Shown one piece after another: positions 52,801 through 64,000 of a stretch of 64,000 nt of DNA; position 1 is the stretch's first letter; each line of letters begins with the position of its first letter. The notes below the pieces were generated by a model. It did no database searches. It worked only from the letters and a program-made list of their open reading frames with translations, and was not told where the DNA came from. This DNA is from Dipteris shenzhenensis (lineage: Eukaryota): the NCBI GenBank assembly GCA_047967505.1, contig CM106538.1, one strand, 5' to 3'. A program made the translations under genes and the position numbers.

Positions 52801-54240
52801 GCCAGAGGCAACGGCCGATTCGAATCGTGGCGCAAATTGCGGCATGCCACATGGCATACAGGGACGCACAGGCAACGGGGTGCAGTGACTGCAAGTCGAT
52901 GCATAGACTTCGGAGACACGAATACGGGGGGACAATGCATCACACGAAATTCTATGACCCCCTATTAATTAATGGGCGAGGAAAACAATTCAAAGGCCTC
53001 GCTGCTTCGCTGTGCTATTATTTCTCTCTTCTACTGATTTCCTTTACCCCATTGTTTCTCTCTTCTATTGTTTCCCATTGTTTTCTCACGGAATTGACAA
53101 TGCTAAAGAAGAAAGAGAAGAAAGCTCCCTGGGTAATGATGCTATGCTGATGTCGGCATTTGTAACAACTTCCACATGGCAGGTCCACACAATCAGAGAA
53201 TCACTGCTCTGATACCACTTGTCACGTACCGGTTGAAGGATGCACATGTGTGAGGGAATGGTGCATAAATTGGGAAGTATTGGCCCTCCAAATGGGGTGG
53301 AAGGAGTGCCCACGTGAGTGCATTTTTGCTATTGACTACTCTTCCATGCTCATGCAATCCGTAAACCACATATGAATGCATAATGCCTCATGCACACATT
53401 CCATGCATACGAGAGGTCACAACCTCTTATGCCTCTTGGGATCCATCCCTTGGGCATACCCCATTATTCCACCCTTAGCCTATGAATCTTTTATGCCTAC
53501 CATTTATTAATGCACCTATGCATTCCATCCCATTCCTATCCTAAGACCTACATGTGTGAATGCACCATTTATTCCATATCAATTAACATATCCAATACAT
53601 TATCCATATGGCATTTAGCCATTTAAACCTACCTAGCATACCTTCTAATTAATACAGTTGATCATGCTAGCCTAATACATTCTAGACTACAAAATTGTGT
53701 CGTGACACTCTGGGCACTCTCTGTCGCGCATGTGGTCTCTGTGTCCCTCTCTCGGCGGTACCGTGTCAGCTGCTAATCCAGACTGCTCTCATGTCGGCTA
53801 GCTCCTCCTCCTCCACTCCGTTGTGTCCTGGGGCTGACTATGCTTTGTGTTCTGATCTCTAAACCCCGACAATATCATGTACTGTCCATTTCACCTTCCT
53901 CCCTCTCTTCTCATTCTGGTCTTTCTGCTCTCTCGTAAATTATCACTTTACCATCTCTTCATATAGTCCATTTCCCTTTTTGTCTTGCTGCCATGACTTT
54001 CACCATTCCCTTCCTTCGATGTTCCTGTTGTAGGAGGGTGAGATCATCGGCCAAAAAGGTCATGGTCCCCTTCAGTGTGGCCCTAGGTTTGCATTCTGTT
54101 TTGAGCTCTTCAATTTTATCCTGAATGTCAGTTTTATTTTCCTTTCTATTATTCCTCCTCTACAATCACTCCCTTCTTGATTGTTTGCATCAGTGTGAAC
54201 AGGATCCTTGATTGTTGATGGGAACACTCCACATTCTACT
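49855..54240 (-). mobile_element. LINE derivative (ORF1 fragment + 3' region) interrupted by an LTR element
   Basis: 49855-50318 plus 53713-53840 match 42398-42900. 53930-54080 encodes LKGTMTFLADDLT..ARQKGKWTI*RDGKVI. Confidence 0.7.
50319..53707 (-). mobile_element. Non-autonomous LTR retrotransposon with non-coding interior
   Basis: LTRs at 50319-50807 and 53220-53707 with TGTCACG...CGTGACA ends; TSD CTCTG; PBS at 53206-53217; 2.4-kb interior with no gag or pol motifs seen. Confidence 0.93.
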
Positions 54241-54939
54241 TTTGGCTATTGTTCCTTGCTGGGTCAGGGGCCATTTCACGGCTCAACAAGAAGCCACGTA
54301 CAGCCGCTTTGTCATCCATGGAGGTGGAGTATAGAGGGCTTGCATGGCATCATGTGAATCCTTATGGCTTGGATAGATCTTGGAGAACATGAAGGTACTC
54401 CAAGAGGAAGCTTGGAGATTTATTGCGACAACCAGAGTTGCATCACGATCGCAAAGAACCTGACGTTCCATGCTTGGATGGCGTATGGGTGCAGGTCCTG
54501 GTGTTAGAGATTACTGTCCACAAACAGATGCAGCACGCCTCAGTTAGAGGCTGATTCAGCAACACCAACATGTGGAACAAACAAGTGCAACAGGCCTCAG
54601 TCCAAGGCTGATCATAGGTACCTGCAGGCTGCATATTGCAGCAATTTTTATGTAGAGCAGAAGGGCTAGTACAGGCCCTGGTCTGGGCCTTTTATAGGTA
54701 TCTAGGGCCTTCTAGACGGCCATCAGGTCGCCTAGAACAAACCACCTGATCGCGTCAAACAGACCCCACTTGGTTGGCCTATTTATAGACCTAGTTGGCC
54801 TGGTCTGTAGGGTGCCCCCTATATAAAGACCCATCTGCTGGGTCATTTTGGCATTTCACTGAAGCCCTCATTACAGATATTTTTAACCTCTTATCATCTA
54901 CAGCTGAATAGAGAACAGCTACAAATGCAGGTTGTGAGG

Positions 54940-55200
54940 CTATTGGGTTAACTGCAAACTTGAAGGACTGTGGGCTTGAACAAAAAGAGGTAACCTATTT
55001 ATTTATAGGTAATTTGAGCTCTATCAAGCTAGCTAAAGGTCCTTTATTTGTTGCTCGTACCAAACACATAGAAGTACAATATGATTTTGTACGCGAGAGA
55101 GTGCTAAGCAATGAAATAGGGTTAGCTTATTGTCCAACAGAGGATCCGGTGGCATATGTCTATACAAACATTTTTGCAAAGGTTAAGCAAGAGAGCTTTT
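54940..55200 (+). pseudogene. Copia RNase H fragment
   Basis: NLSSIKLAKGPLFVARTKHIEVQYDFVRERV..YCPTED. Confidence 0.85.
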
Positions 55201-56191
55201 TCAACGGGGCATTGGTTCACCTTGGGTGGTTCGATGGTTTGGATTATTAAAAGGTTCCTAGAGTGGTAGGTTAGACCTAGGATAGACCATGTCATGATTT
55301 TACGTTATTGACAAGACATACATTTGCCATGGAAGGGATAGGTGCCACATGGCACCATATCTTTGGTCAGTCTTACATTCCTTTTCCATATGTCAACATA
55401 CATCTTCCATGGAAGGGATATGTGCCAGATGCACCATATCTTTGGTCAGTTGTATGTGCCTTTGCCATATGTCACATTGGCCCTCACTCACCATCACTCA
55501 CATTCTAGAGCAGAGGAGGAGAGACCTTACACCTATGCATGGGTTTTGATGTGTTTCAAGTGGGCACACCGTGTTAGTGCCACACAGGAAGGTGCTGAAG
55601 CCCTAGCTTCTTCATGGAGCACTCCAGCGAAAGATGTCTGGCTATCGTTATGCCTAGGTGGTCACTTGACTTGGGGCTCTGGGTTTCACATAGAAGATGT
55701 GCCGCCGTTATAGTGCAGATTGGATAGACGAGGGGCCACAAAGCTCTCCAAAACACAACCTTGAACCATTGGATCAGACATCGCTGACATTCACAATCTC
55801 TTGACCTCAGTGAGACAAGGGTCTGGATTGGAAACACTTTTGGCAAAGCTGTGAGAAACATGCAGGTATCTGTCCCCATATATTTGCTCAGCAATTCTCT
55901 CAATAAAGGGTTTATTTCACAGAAACGACAGGGATAATTACGTGAACAGCAAAGGTTGTGATTCTTTTCAGGACTCATTTATGCCCTTTTTTGTATCCTT
56001 CTGCTATAGGTTTAGCTCTATTGTTACTTATTTTTAGCAGCGAGGCTGCAGCCCAACTTTCTTTAGTTCTTTCCAATGCAATAACAGTTTCCACTTCACA
56101 TTGGTACGGTAAGCTGATTGTATTTGGAATGGTTGTGGACAAAGATTTAGTTTGTTTAACTTCATGATTGCTAATTGACCATATTGTTCAG

Positions 56192-56396
56192 GCTTGTTGG
56201 AGGCTGGGTTTTACACCTGTGGAGTTTGGATAGATGAAATCAATATCTTTGCTGCTGCAACCAGTAATAAATGGATTGTTTTTCTGGACGTCACTGGAAA
56301 GGAGCTGTACAGTATTTCCATGAATCAGTGGAAGGCTAAAGGGCATATTGTTGGGATGTTTACAAAACAAATGCCACATACAGTAAGTGGGAAAAG
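56192..56396 (+). CDS. MIP2: MIP2/NBAS-like, exon 4
   Basis: GFYTCGVWIDEINIFAAATSNKWIVFLDVTGKEL resembles MIP2 FT.GVWSE.HDVLG..D..TLFFI.ANGEEI. CAG acceptor and GTAA donor, phases 1 to 2. Confidence 0.8.
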
Positions 56397-56571
56397 GTAA
56401 TGACTGGTTGTGTGTTCCTGGAAGAAAGGTGAACGCAGACTTCAGAATTAAAAAAGATTGTTTCCTTTGGGGTTTTTTTTTGGGTTTCAATGGAAGTATC
56501 TCATCTTCTGATAATGGCTTCCAGTATCAACAAAAATAATGGTTGATGACAAAGGTAATTTTGTTTTGCAG

Positions 56572-56792
56572 GCTTAGCTTGGTAATTCTTACCTCTGATT
56601 GCTCTCTCCATCATATTGGAATTAGTTCTGAAGTCTTTTGTGAGGCAGATATGAAGGACATTAAGACCATTGTGCACAATGAGTTGAAAAAAATTCATCC
56701 ACATGGAGTCGTGTGTCATAATTACAATTCAGAAAAATCCATGCTGGCACTGGCTGGACCTTCAAGTGTCGGCAGAATTTCAAGATCTGCAG
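56572..56792 (+). CDS. MIP2: MIP2/NBAS-like, exon 5 (gene continues beyond the window)
   Basis: LVILTSDCSLHHIGIS..HPHGVVCHNYNSEKSMLALAG resembles MIP2 ILTSDG.IHHVEIS..FP..VFCFDYHP.LS. TTTTGCAG acceptor and GTAAT donor. Confidence 0.8.
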
Positions 56793-57136
56793 GTAATAAT
56801 TAAACTCTCAGTAAATATTTTCTGAGATAGAAATGAGTTATAATCCATGGGTTTGGCAGAGGTGCCAGCCTAAGCATGATTGAAAACTTTAATATTCCGT
56901 GGGAGTCTAAGATACTTTGGCTCTTTCAACTTGTTGCAACATCATCATTAGCTTTTTTGCACTGTTAGGATGCTCTACTGTGCCAGGTCTGGCTCAACAT
57001 GATTTACTTGCTTGTGGTTTATAACTCTCTCCATTGAAGAAGTTTGGCATAATTCTTTTGTTTATCTACATCTCATTATATAAAAAATCAATGGAGATGC
57101 AATTATATGTGATTTTTTGCTCATTAGCTTAATTGC

Positions 57137-57328
57137 AGAGATGCAATTATATGTAATTCGGTACCGCAATACAGGGATCTTTCTGACAATAAATGTCTAA
57201 TGGATTCAAGGATACCAAAGTTTTATCTTGCATTTATATGTGATTTTTTGCTCGGAGATGCAATTATATGTAATTCGGTACCACAATACAGGGATCTTTT
57301 TGACAATAAATGTCTAATGGATTCAAGG
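57137..57328. repeat. Local tandem duplication (~117-bp period)
   Basis: GAGATGCAATTATATGTAATTCGGTACC...ATGGATTCAAGG occurs twice. Confidence 0.85.
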
Positions 57329-58899
57329 TATCTTGCATTTAAGGTAAGCCAGGATCTGCAAACTCTCATCCACCTTGGTTAGATGACCATGCCCAAAGAA
57401 GAAAAGGCATCCAAAAAGGAAGAAGAGAAAGGTTTTTTCTCTTGAAATCACTAGGGTTACCATGATCCTCCTTTTTCTTTTGTGCCTCCTTCTCAAGATA
57501 GGTAGTAGTTAGAGATGGTAGGATTCCAGTTCCAGATCCAGCACACTTAGAGCCTCGCCTCTGTCTTCTTCTTTACCGCAGATTATTCCTCCTATTGGAG
57601 GATAACTGAGTGTAGGGTTTTTCCAATTGGGTTGACAGGATACGTTAGATTGTGCGGAGTAATGCATTCACTCTTTTAGCAAACTGTGGGGACTTTGTAG
57701 AGTTATCTTTTGTTGATAGGCAAGCCCACAAATTTTCACCTTCAGATGCTAGTTCTCCAGTCACTGATTGTCCTCACAAGGTTGATCTTTCATCGCTAGT
57801 GGAGTTTCCTGGCTCTCACTCATGCCAAGGGATCAAGTATAGTGGCAAGCGCTTCCACCACTAGGTTGGGGAAGGAGTTCTAGTCTCACACAGCCCATAG
57901 ATGAGGATTGTTAGCTAGAACACTGTTCAGGCGGCGTTCCTCATTGTTGCCATACACACTTGATCCGCAATCGTCTTCATCTCGGGTTTTAGGTGGGCCC
58001 ATGGATATTCTTTAATTATAGGAACATTAATTAGCAGATATAGTTTGTAGGAACATTAATTATAGGAATATTAATTAGCAGATATAGTTTGGTTAGTTGT
58101 ACCTTTTTGGTTTGATGCGATTGGCTCTAGAGGAGGGACATGCATTTTAGGTTCAGCTTCTACACTCCCGCTAGTTGTGTGACATGATCTTATTATCCCT
58201 TTAGAGCCCACCGGGGTATGCTTTTGATTGATGGGTGCAAGATTGGTCTTCTTAACTTATATGCATCGTTGCACCCAACTATAGGGAAGAACGGGGATTT
58301 AGGAAGGAATTGCTGTCTTGGATCCCAGGGGTAGATTCATGGATCATTGGGGGGGCTTCAATGTGCTGGATTTGAGGGCCATCCATGCTCCTATTGACAT
58401 ATTTTATGTTGATGATTAGGCCTTGGATAGAGGTGGCATTGTTTGTATTTCCCTTAGGGTCTCCACATCTGATTGTTTCTCGGTTATGCTCACCTCTTAG
58501 TGCCGCATACATCCTTGTGCTCCACACCAGTATCCCTATATGCAGCCAGGGACCAACCCGATTTTCGGGATCTGGAATTCTTATTTGTAGCAGGGCTTGT
58601 GCTCTAGCCCTACCCTAGCAACAACTCTTATGCACACTAGTGTTTTTTATCACTTTGTTGCCAGGACTAGGAAGCGTGACGTTTTGAGGCAAGGAGTGGC
58701 CATTTAGCATTAAACACCGCACTAGGACCTTGACATGGCAGGGAAGTGTGAGACAACCACTTGATTCTCAGGGTGTTTTGCAGTGAGATCCATAGCTGGC
58801 AATGTGCCTCACTTCTTATAGTGGAGTGTGATACTCGTGACTGAGACAGCCATTTGTTGAGGGTTTGGGATACGGTTCCTTTGTGGGTGACCATGAGAC

Positions 58900-60060
58900 G
58901 AGGATATCTCCTGATGCACCTTTCACCAACAAGGAATTTCAGGGTGCCCTATATGCTTTGCAGTAGCGTAAATGTCCAGGTTTAGATGGACCAACTCCCT
59001 CGTTTCGCATTTCTTTGTGGGTTGATATTGCTAACCACACCTCATTCAGGTCATCCCCAAGGTGGGGAATGGGGCTTTGATTACACTATGGAAACTAGTC
59101 AATCTATTGGGCAATCAGCCTTTGTTTCCAGCTATTGCCTCAGAATGGACGAGGCATTATGACCAAGACATCGCTATTCTTCTTCGGGATTTTGAGAAAG
59201 CCTATGATATACTTGGTTGGGGCTCTCATATGCCTGCTTTAGAGAAGTTTCAGCAATTTACAGATCAGCCCACTGCCAGGTTCTTATTGGAGGAGTCAGA
59301 GGAGACATATTTCACATTTCTAAATCAGTTCGGCAAGGATGTCCACTTGCTTCTTTTCTATATTTACTCATGGCTGAGGCAATGAGTTTTTTTCTCAGAT
59401 CTCACTTGGAGGTTATAGACTTCTGAGCAGGAATTGTTAGAGAGTGAACTAGCTGATGATACGGCAATGATTTACATGCCTCACCACATACACTCACCTC
59501 TTTTAGGTTCGTTTTGGATGCTTTTTGTCTGGCAGCAGGAGCCAATATTAATTGCAAAAAATCTGATGGTTTCTGGGTCAGCGATGAGCCTCACATCGGG
59601 GGATGACACTACTTTCATCAGGATTGAGAGAGGTGCATCAGTCAGATACTTGGGCTCTCAGGCTCACATACATATCTCCCTCCTGCAGCAGCTTGCTCTT
59701 ATTTTGGAGAGAGTTAAAAGGAAGCGTCTATTTTGGAGCTCAGCAAGCCTGAATGTTGCCTCTAGAGTGGCGGTAGTCAACCAAGTGCTCTTAGCTACTG
59801 GCTGGTTTTTTTCCTTGTGTCGGTGCCATTCACATTGAGGTTGCATTGCACAGCTTGAGAGGCCTATAAGGAATTTTGTATGCAGTGGGCTAGATGAGTC
59901 AGAAGATACTAGAAGTAGAGTGGCTTGGGAGGTCTTGATCCTCCCGGTGCATGAGGATGGACTGAGTATCTTTGATCCAAGTAGTAATTGCAAAAGTTTT
60001 ACTTTATTGACTAGGGAATCTATGGTTGGGCAGGAGCCGCGGAAGGCTTTCTCTTCGAGG
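58900..60060 (+). pseudogene. L1-clade LINE RT remnant
   Basis: KCPGLDG, DFEKAYD, SVRQGCPLA, LADDT, VRYLG, RVAVVNQVL, RVAWEVLILP..DGL, with internal deletions. Confidence 0.85.
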
Positions 60061-60084
60061 AGATAATGTACGTGCGTTGGCTTT

Positions 60085-61260
60085 TAGGTTCATCATAAGT
60101 GTCACTTTGATGACTTGCAGGTTATGTCCATGAGACTTTCCTCTGCCTCGGAAATTTCCTCTGTTGGAGTTGTGTTGACTATTTTGATCAATTTAGGTTC
60201 ATCATAAGTGTCACTTTGATGACTTGCAGGCTATGTCCATGAGACTTTCCTCTACTTCAGAAATTTCCTCTATTGGAGTTGTGTTGACTATTTTGATCAA
60301 ACTGCTTGTTTCTGCAATTTCTTTGATAATGCTTGAATTTGTGACAATAGTTGCATTACATGTTTGATATATTTCTTGAAGAATTTCCTTTGCCTTGGAA
60401 ATTTCCTGTGTGTCAATGATTTCCTCTTGGATGCTGATAATTGCCATGGTTTTTGTCTTGTAGTTGATGCTGATTATGTTGCTGATGTCGATTGCTTCTA
60501 TATGTGGATCTGCCTCATCCTTTACCTCTATTGGAGGCTGCAAAAGCTTGTTCACTTGTTTGGCCTTTTTTGGCTCGAAGTGCTTGTGTTCTTAGTTCTT
60601 CATCCAATAAAACCGATTGGACTCCTAATGTTGGCACTTGCTTTTGCCTAGGCGACCGCTAGATCCCAACAATTTTACACAAAGTTGTGATTACCTTTGG
60701 AAAGTCACTTGAGGTAACATGATATTTCATCGTATCAATGTCAGCATTAATAATACTTAAGATTAGTTTGGCCTGATGTTTTTGCACTCTCAACCAAACC
60801 ATGAAGGTTTGCTTGGAATGAAAAGCGTACATATTTGAGTCTTGTCTACAGGAGATAAAACTTGCACTCAGCCATTCAAGAGGTGGTGGCGTTTAACTTT
60901 GAACTTAGCATAAGGATCTGGGAGGATTAGGGAATGGGGTGATTCATTTGTGCCATCTACAAGCTAGTTGGTGGTAGTTCCGAGCAGTTTACAGTCCATC
61001 TTTGGTGGAGCATTTTGAAATTGTTTGATCGAGTTAGTAAGTACATCCAACATTTGGGCCAGATTCTATTTGTCATTCCAGCTTCTTGGTTCTTCCTTTT
61101 TGGTGCCTTGAGTGCAAATAATTTCAAACACAAGAAAGAATGAAGGGTGGGAAGGCTAGGGAGCCAGCTTTACTTAAACTTTCAGTTCCACTGGTGGTAT
61201 TTGATTCTTCTTGACCCACCAAAACTAGTTGAACCGCCGGCCATGCCTGTAGCTCTAAAC
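60085..61260 (-). pseudogene. Retrotransposon gag remnant with CCHC knuckle
   Basis: CNYCHKFKHYQRNC at ~60310-60355. 60085-60195 duplicates 60194-60300. Confidence 0.55.
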
Positions 61261-61269
61261 CCAAATTTC

Positions 61270-64000
61270 TGTTGGGGTAAAGGCACATTGCCACCCTTTT
61301 AAAGTTATGACACCTATGACTGTCTTAAGACAGTCATAGGGTGAATCCCTATGCCACCCTTTTAAAGTTATGACACCTATGACTGTCTTAAGACAGTCAT
61401 AGGGTGAATCCCTAATCCTAATAAAACTCTACGAGTTTGTGGTGTGGCTCAACACTTTTACACACCCACACTTCTTGTGTCTCCCTCTCTCTGTCTCCAT
61501 CGTTCCACTCCCTCTCTCTTTCCTTCACAAGTGGTATCAGAGCCACTCTCTCCCTCTCTCTCCAGTCTACCCCTCCCTCTCCCCTCGGGCCTCGTGCCCT
61601 CAGCAGCGGCAGCAGCGAGCGGGGTAGCAGAGCGCGCACGCAGCGCGCAGGAGCAGGTCGCGCGTGGGCAGCTATAGCTGCAGCAGCAGCTAGCTGCTAC
61701 CCGCTACCAGGCGGGCGCAGCCAGCGCGCGTACCGCACAGCACCGGCCGCGCGCAGCGCGCAGCACCAGCCGCGCAACCAGGTTGCACAGGCAGCCGTAC
61801 CGGAGCGACCAGCCGCGACAGGTACGTACAGCCGTACCGGCTGTACGGAAGCCGTACAGGCAGTCGTACCGTACCGGCTGTACGGACGCCTCGACAAGCA
61901 GGTACAGGTCGAATTTTTTTTTGGGGATCCGTGCCCTCGCAGGTACAGGGTACAACAGGTACCCTGCGCAAGTACAGAAGGTACAGCAGGCACATATTTT
62001 CTTTTGGGGGAAGAAGGAAAAGAGAGAGCACTTTGCTCTGCATTCCCGGAATTTTTCAGTTCTACAACTGTGTGTTTGACGTACAGCAAGTACACTCGTG
62101 TCCCTCGTGCTTGAGGTGACTAGTGCCACAGTGTGTGGTGGTTGCACAGTTATTTTGTTTCGGGAAGGTCAGATGCCTTGATTTTGCAGAGGGCTTTTAT
62201 GCTTTTGTTGAGTGCAAATCTCAGTTTTCGGGTGACAATTTCATAGGGCTTTTGCCTGGAAGTGTATGCAGTGTATGCCTTGAGGTAGTGTGGAGCCAGG
62301 GTGCCCACATTGGTCTTGTTTCCGCAGTGCACTCAGTGACATTTCTTGCAGGTCACATTCTGTGTACGACACTTTGAAAATCTCAGTTGAGCCACGCTTG
62401 GCCAGGGCGCATCGAGTTTACTCGGTCCCTAAGTGTCCATCGTTGACAGTGCTCAAAAGATTTTCTTTTTCGGTGTTTGTACGTTGGGATCTGTGTTGTT
62501 ACTGTGTACACAGGGCCGTTTATGCATTACTTTGTCAGGTGAAAGTGCCAGGAGAGCGCTGTATTTTGTATGCTACCTCAGTGTTGAGGTGTTTTTCACT
62601 TGGTACAGGTGTCAAATCAAGGGGCTTTTGCCCAGATTTTGCTTGTGAGCACTTGAGTTACTGTTTGAGAACTTCAGATGCCTTTTATCCCCTTGGCAGA
62701 GGGGTGATTGTTTGGGATTTGTCCCATACTTTGTTGCAGGTTTGTGACAGGCTGAGGTGTTTGGAGCCTTTTTCAGTGGACAAAACAGTGTATGACAAGT
62801 GGTTTATGCATATAAAATCAGTGCAATACCTCATCTGAGGTGGGAGAAGTGTCTAGGACAGCAGTGTTTTGTGCTTCGTCAGATGATGATGCACTGATAA
62901 AGCACTTGTGGAACAGCTGCAGCATTCTGAAGTTACTGTTTTATGCCTATTTGAGCACGGTACAGTGTGTCAGAAGGTACAGTGACTGGAGGGAAAATTT
63001 TCTGTTTTGCTGCAGATTTTTTGACAGTAAAAACAGCACTATTGTGAGTGCTCCTGGCTCTTGATAGAGCAGGTTTTCTGAGAAATCAGAATTTCATTTA
63101 GTCATTTTTCGACTTACAGGGAGTCGGGCACTTTCCTTATCTAATATGGCATCAGGGGGAAGTGAATCTTCAATACTGAACATAAAGAAATTGGAAGGGG
63201 CACACAATTATGCATTATGGGCAGAACAGTGTTTGAATGTACTTTTGCTAAAGAAGATTTCTAAGCCCATAAGGGTGAAGGGTGTCAAGCCATCTGGGAT
63301 GGCAGATGATGAGTGGGAGGAGCTTGATTTGTCCGCAAGGGCTGCTATCATGCTTACTCTCAATGATTCTCTTGTGTTCAATGTTCAGGCAGAAAAGACC
63401 TCTTATGGCCTATGGCAGAGGCTAGAAGAGTTGTATGCCCAAAAGAGCTCAGCCAGTAAGGTTTATTGGTTGAAGAAGCTTGTTGACCTTCGCATGAAGG
63501 AAGGTACAGCTATGACCTCACACTTGAGTGAGTTCAATGCCATCTTTACACAGCTTATTGCACAGGGATTGAACCTTGATGAGGAGTTCAAGGCTACTTT
63601 CTTGTTGTGTACCCTCCCTGAGAGTTGGGACACTTTCAAGACCACTCTGTCAAATTCAAATGTCACTCTTATGTATGCTGATGTGGAGAGCTCTCTGCTT
63701 ATGGAGGAGATGAGCAGGAAGAATAATATGGGCAACAAGTCTTCCAATGCTTTGCAGGTACAGGAAAGAGGTAGGACTCAGCAGAAGGGGAGATCTGCTG
63801 GCAAGTCCAAATCCCGCAGTCAGTCCCGTGGCAAAAAGGATATTGAATGCTTTTACTGTGGCAAGAAGGGACATGTGAAGTCTAAGTGCTTCAAGTTTAT
63901 ACGGGATCAGAAAGCCAAGAAGGCTGAGACAAAGGATGCAGGCAGTGGAAGCAAAGGCAAAGGCAAGGCCAAGGCAGATGACTTGGATGCAGTGAATGTT
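61270..64000 (+). mobile_element. Young Ty1/Copia element, 5' part
   Basis: Probable LTR TGTTGG...TTCACA at 61270-61529, PBS TGGTATCAGAGC at 61532-61543, 1.6-kb leader, open gag. Confidence 0.88.
63146..64000 (+). CDS. Copia Gag(-Pol) N-terminus, open to the window end
   Basis: MASGGSESSILNIKKLEGAHNYALW..LWQRLEELY..LLCTLPESW..CFYCGKKGHVKSKC with no stop seen. Confidence 0.92.
   Translation, partial: MASGGSESSILNIKKLEGAHNYALWAEQCLNVLLLKKISKPIRVKGVKPSGMADDEWEELDLSARAAIMLTLNDSLVFNVQAEKTSYGLWQRLEELYAQKSSASKVYWLKKLVDLRMKEGTAMTSHLSEFNAIFTQLIAQGLNLDEEFKATFLLCTLPESWDTFKTTLSNSNVTLMYADVESSLLMEEMSRKNNMGNKSSNALQVQERGRTQQKGRSAGKSKSRSQSRGKKDIECFYCGKKGHVKSKCFKFIRDQKAKKAETKDAGSGSKGKGKAKADDLDAVNV

Noticed and set aside
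55290-55806. Solo LTR
   Set aside because: It starts TGTCATGA, but I could not confirm a clean CA end or a TSD.
61437-62838. 225-aa and 182-aa ORFs in the Copia leader
   Set aside because: Low-complexity GC-rich sequence open in several frames; one ORF crosses the LTR/PBS; no domain motifs.

Overview
Eukaryotic, TE-dense land-plant DNA. A fern or another non-angiosperm is my inference from the TE repertoire and a 14-kb intron. The only host gene is the 5' part of a MIP2/NBAS-like gene (5 exons, 41516-56792, + strand); its third intron holds nested LINEs and two non-autonomous LTR elements. The most striking structure is a ~13.6-kb array (6328-19900) built on a degenerate Penelope-like retroelement of Naiad/Chlamys type (CxC linker + RT). 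It has 1.5-kb pseudo-LTRs and non-coding modules joined at (TG)n tracts, each ending in one of two conserved stem-loop termini. A decayed Helentron-type element (Rep-Pif1 helicase-APE, ~31.8-40.8 kb) has its endonuclease split by a 4.2-kb insert carrying an intron-containing GIY-YIG gene. Also present are a full-length decayed Copia with TSD and an inverted integrase segment, ORF1-only LINE derivatives on (GA)n tracts, an L1 RT remnant, and a young Copia running off the right edge. All protein assignments are from motif recognition by eye; no database searches were run.
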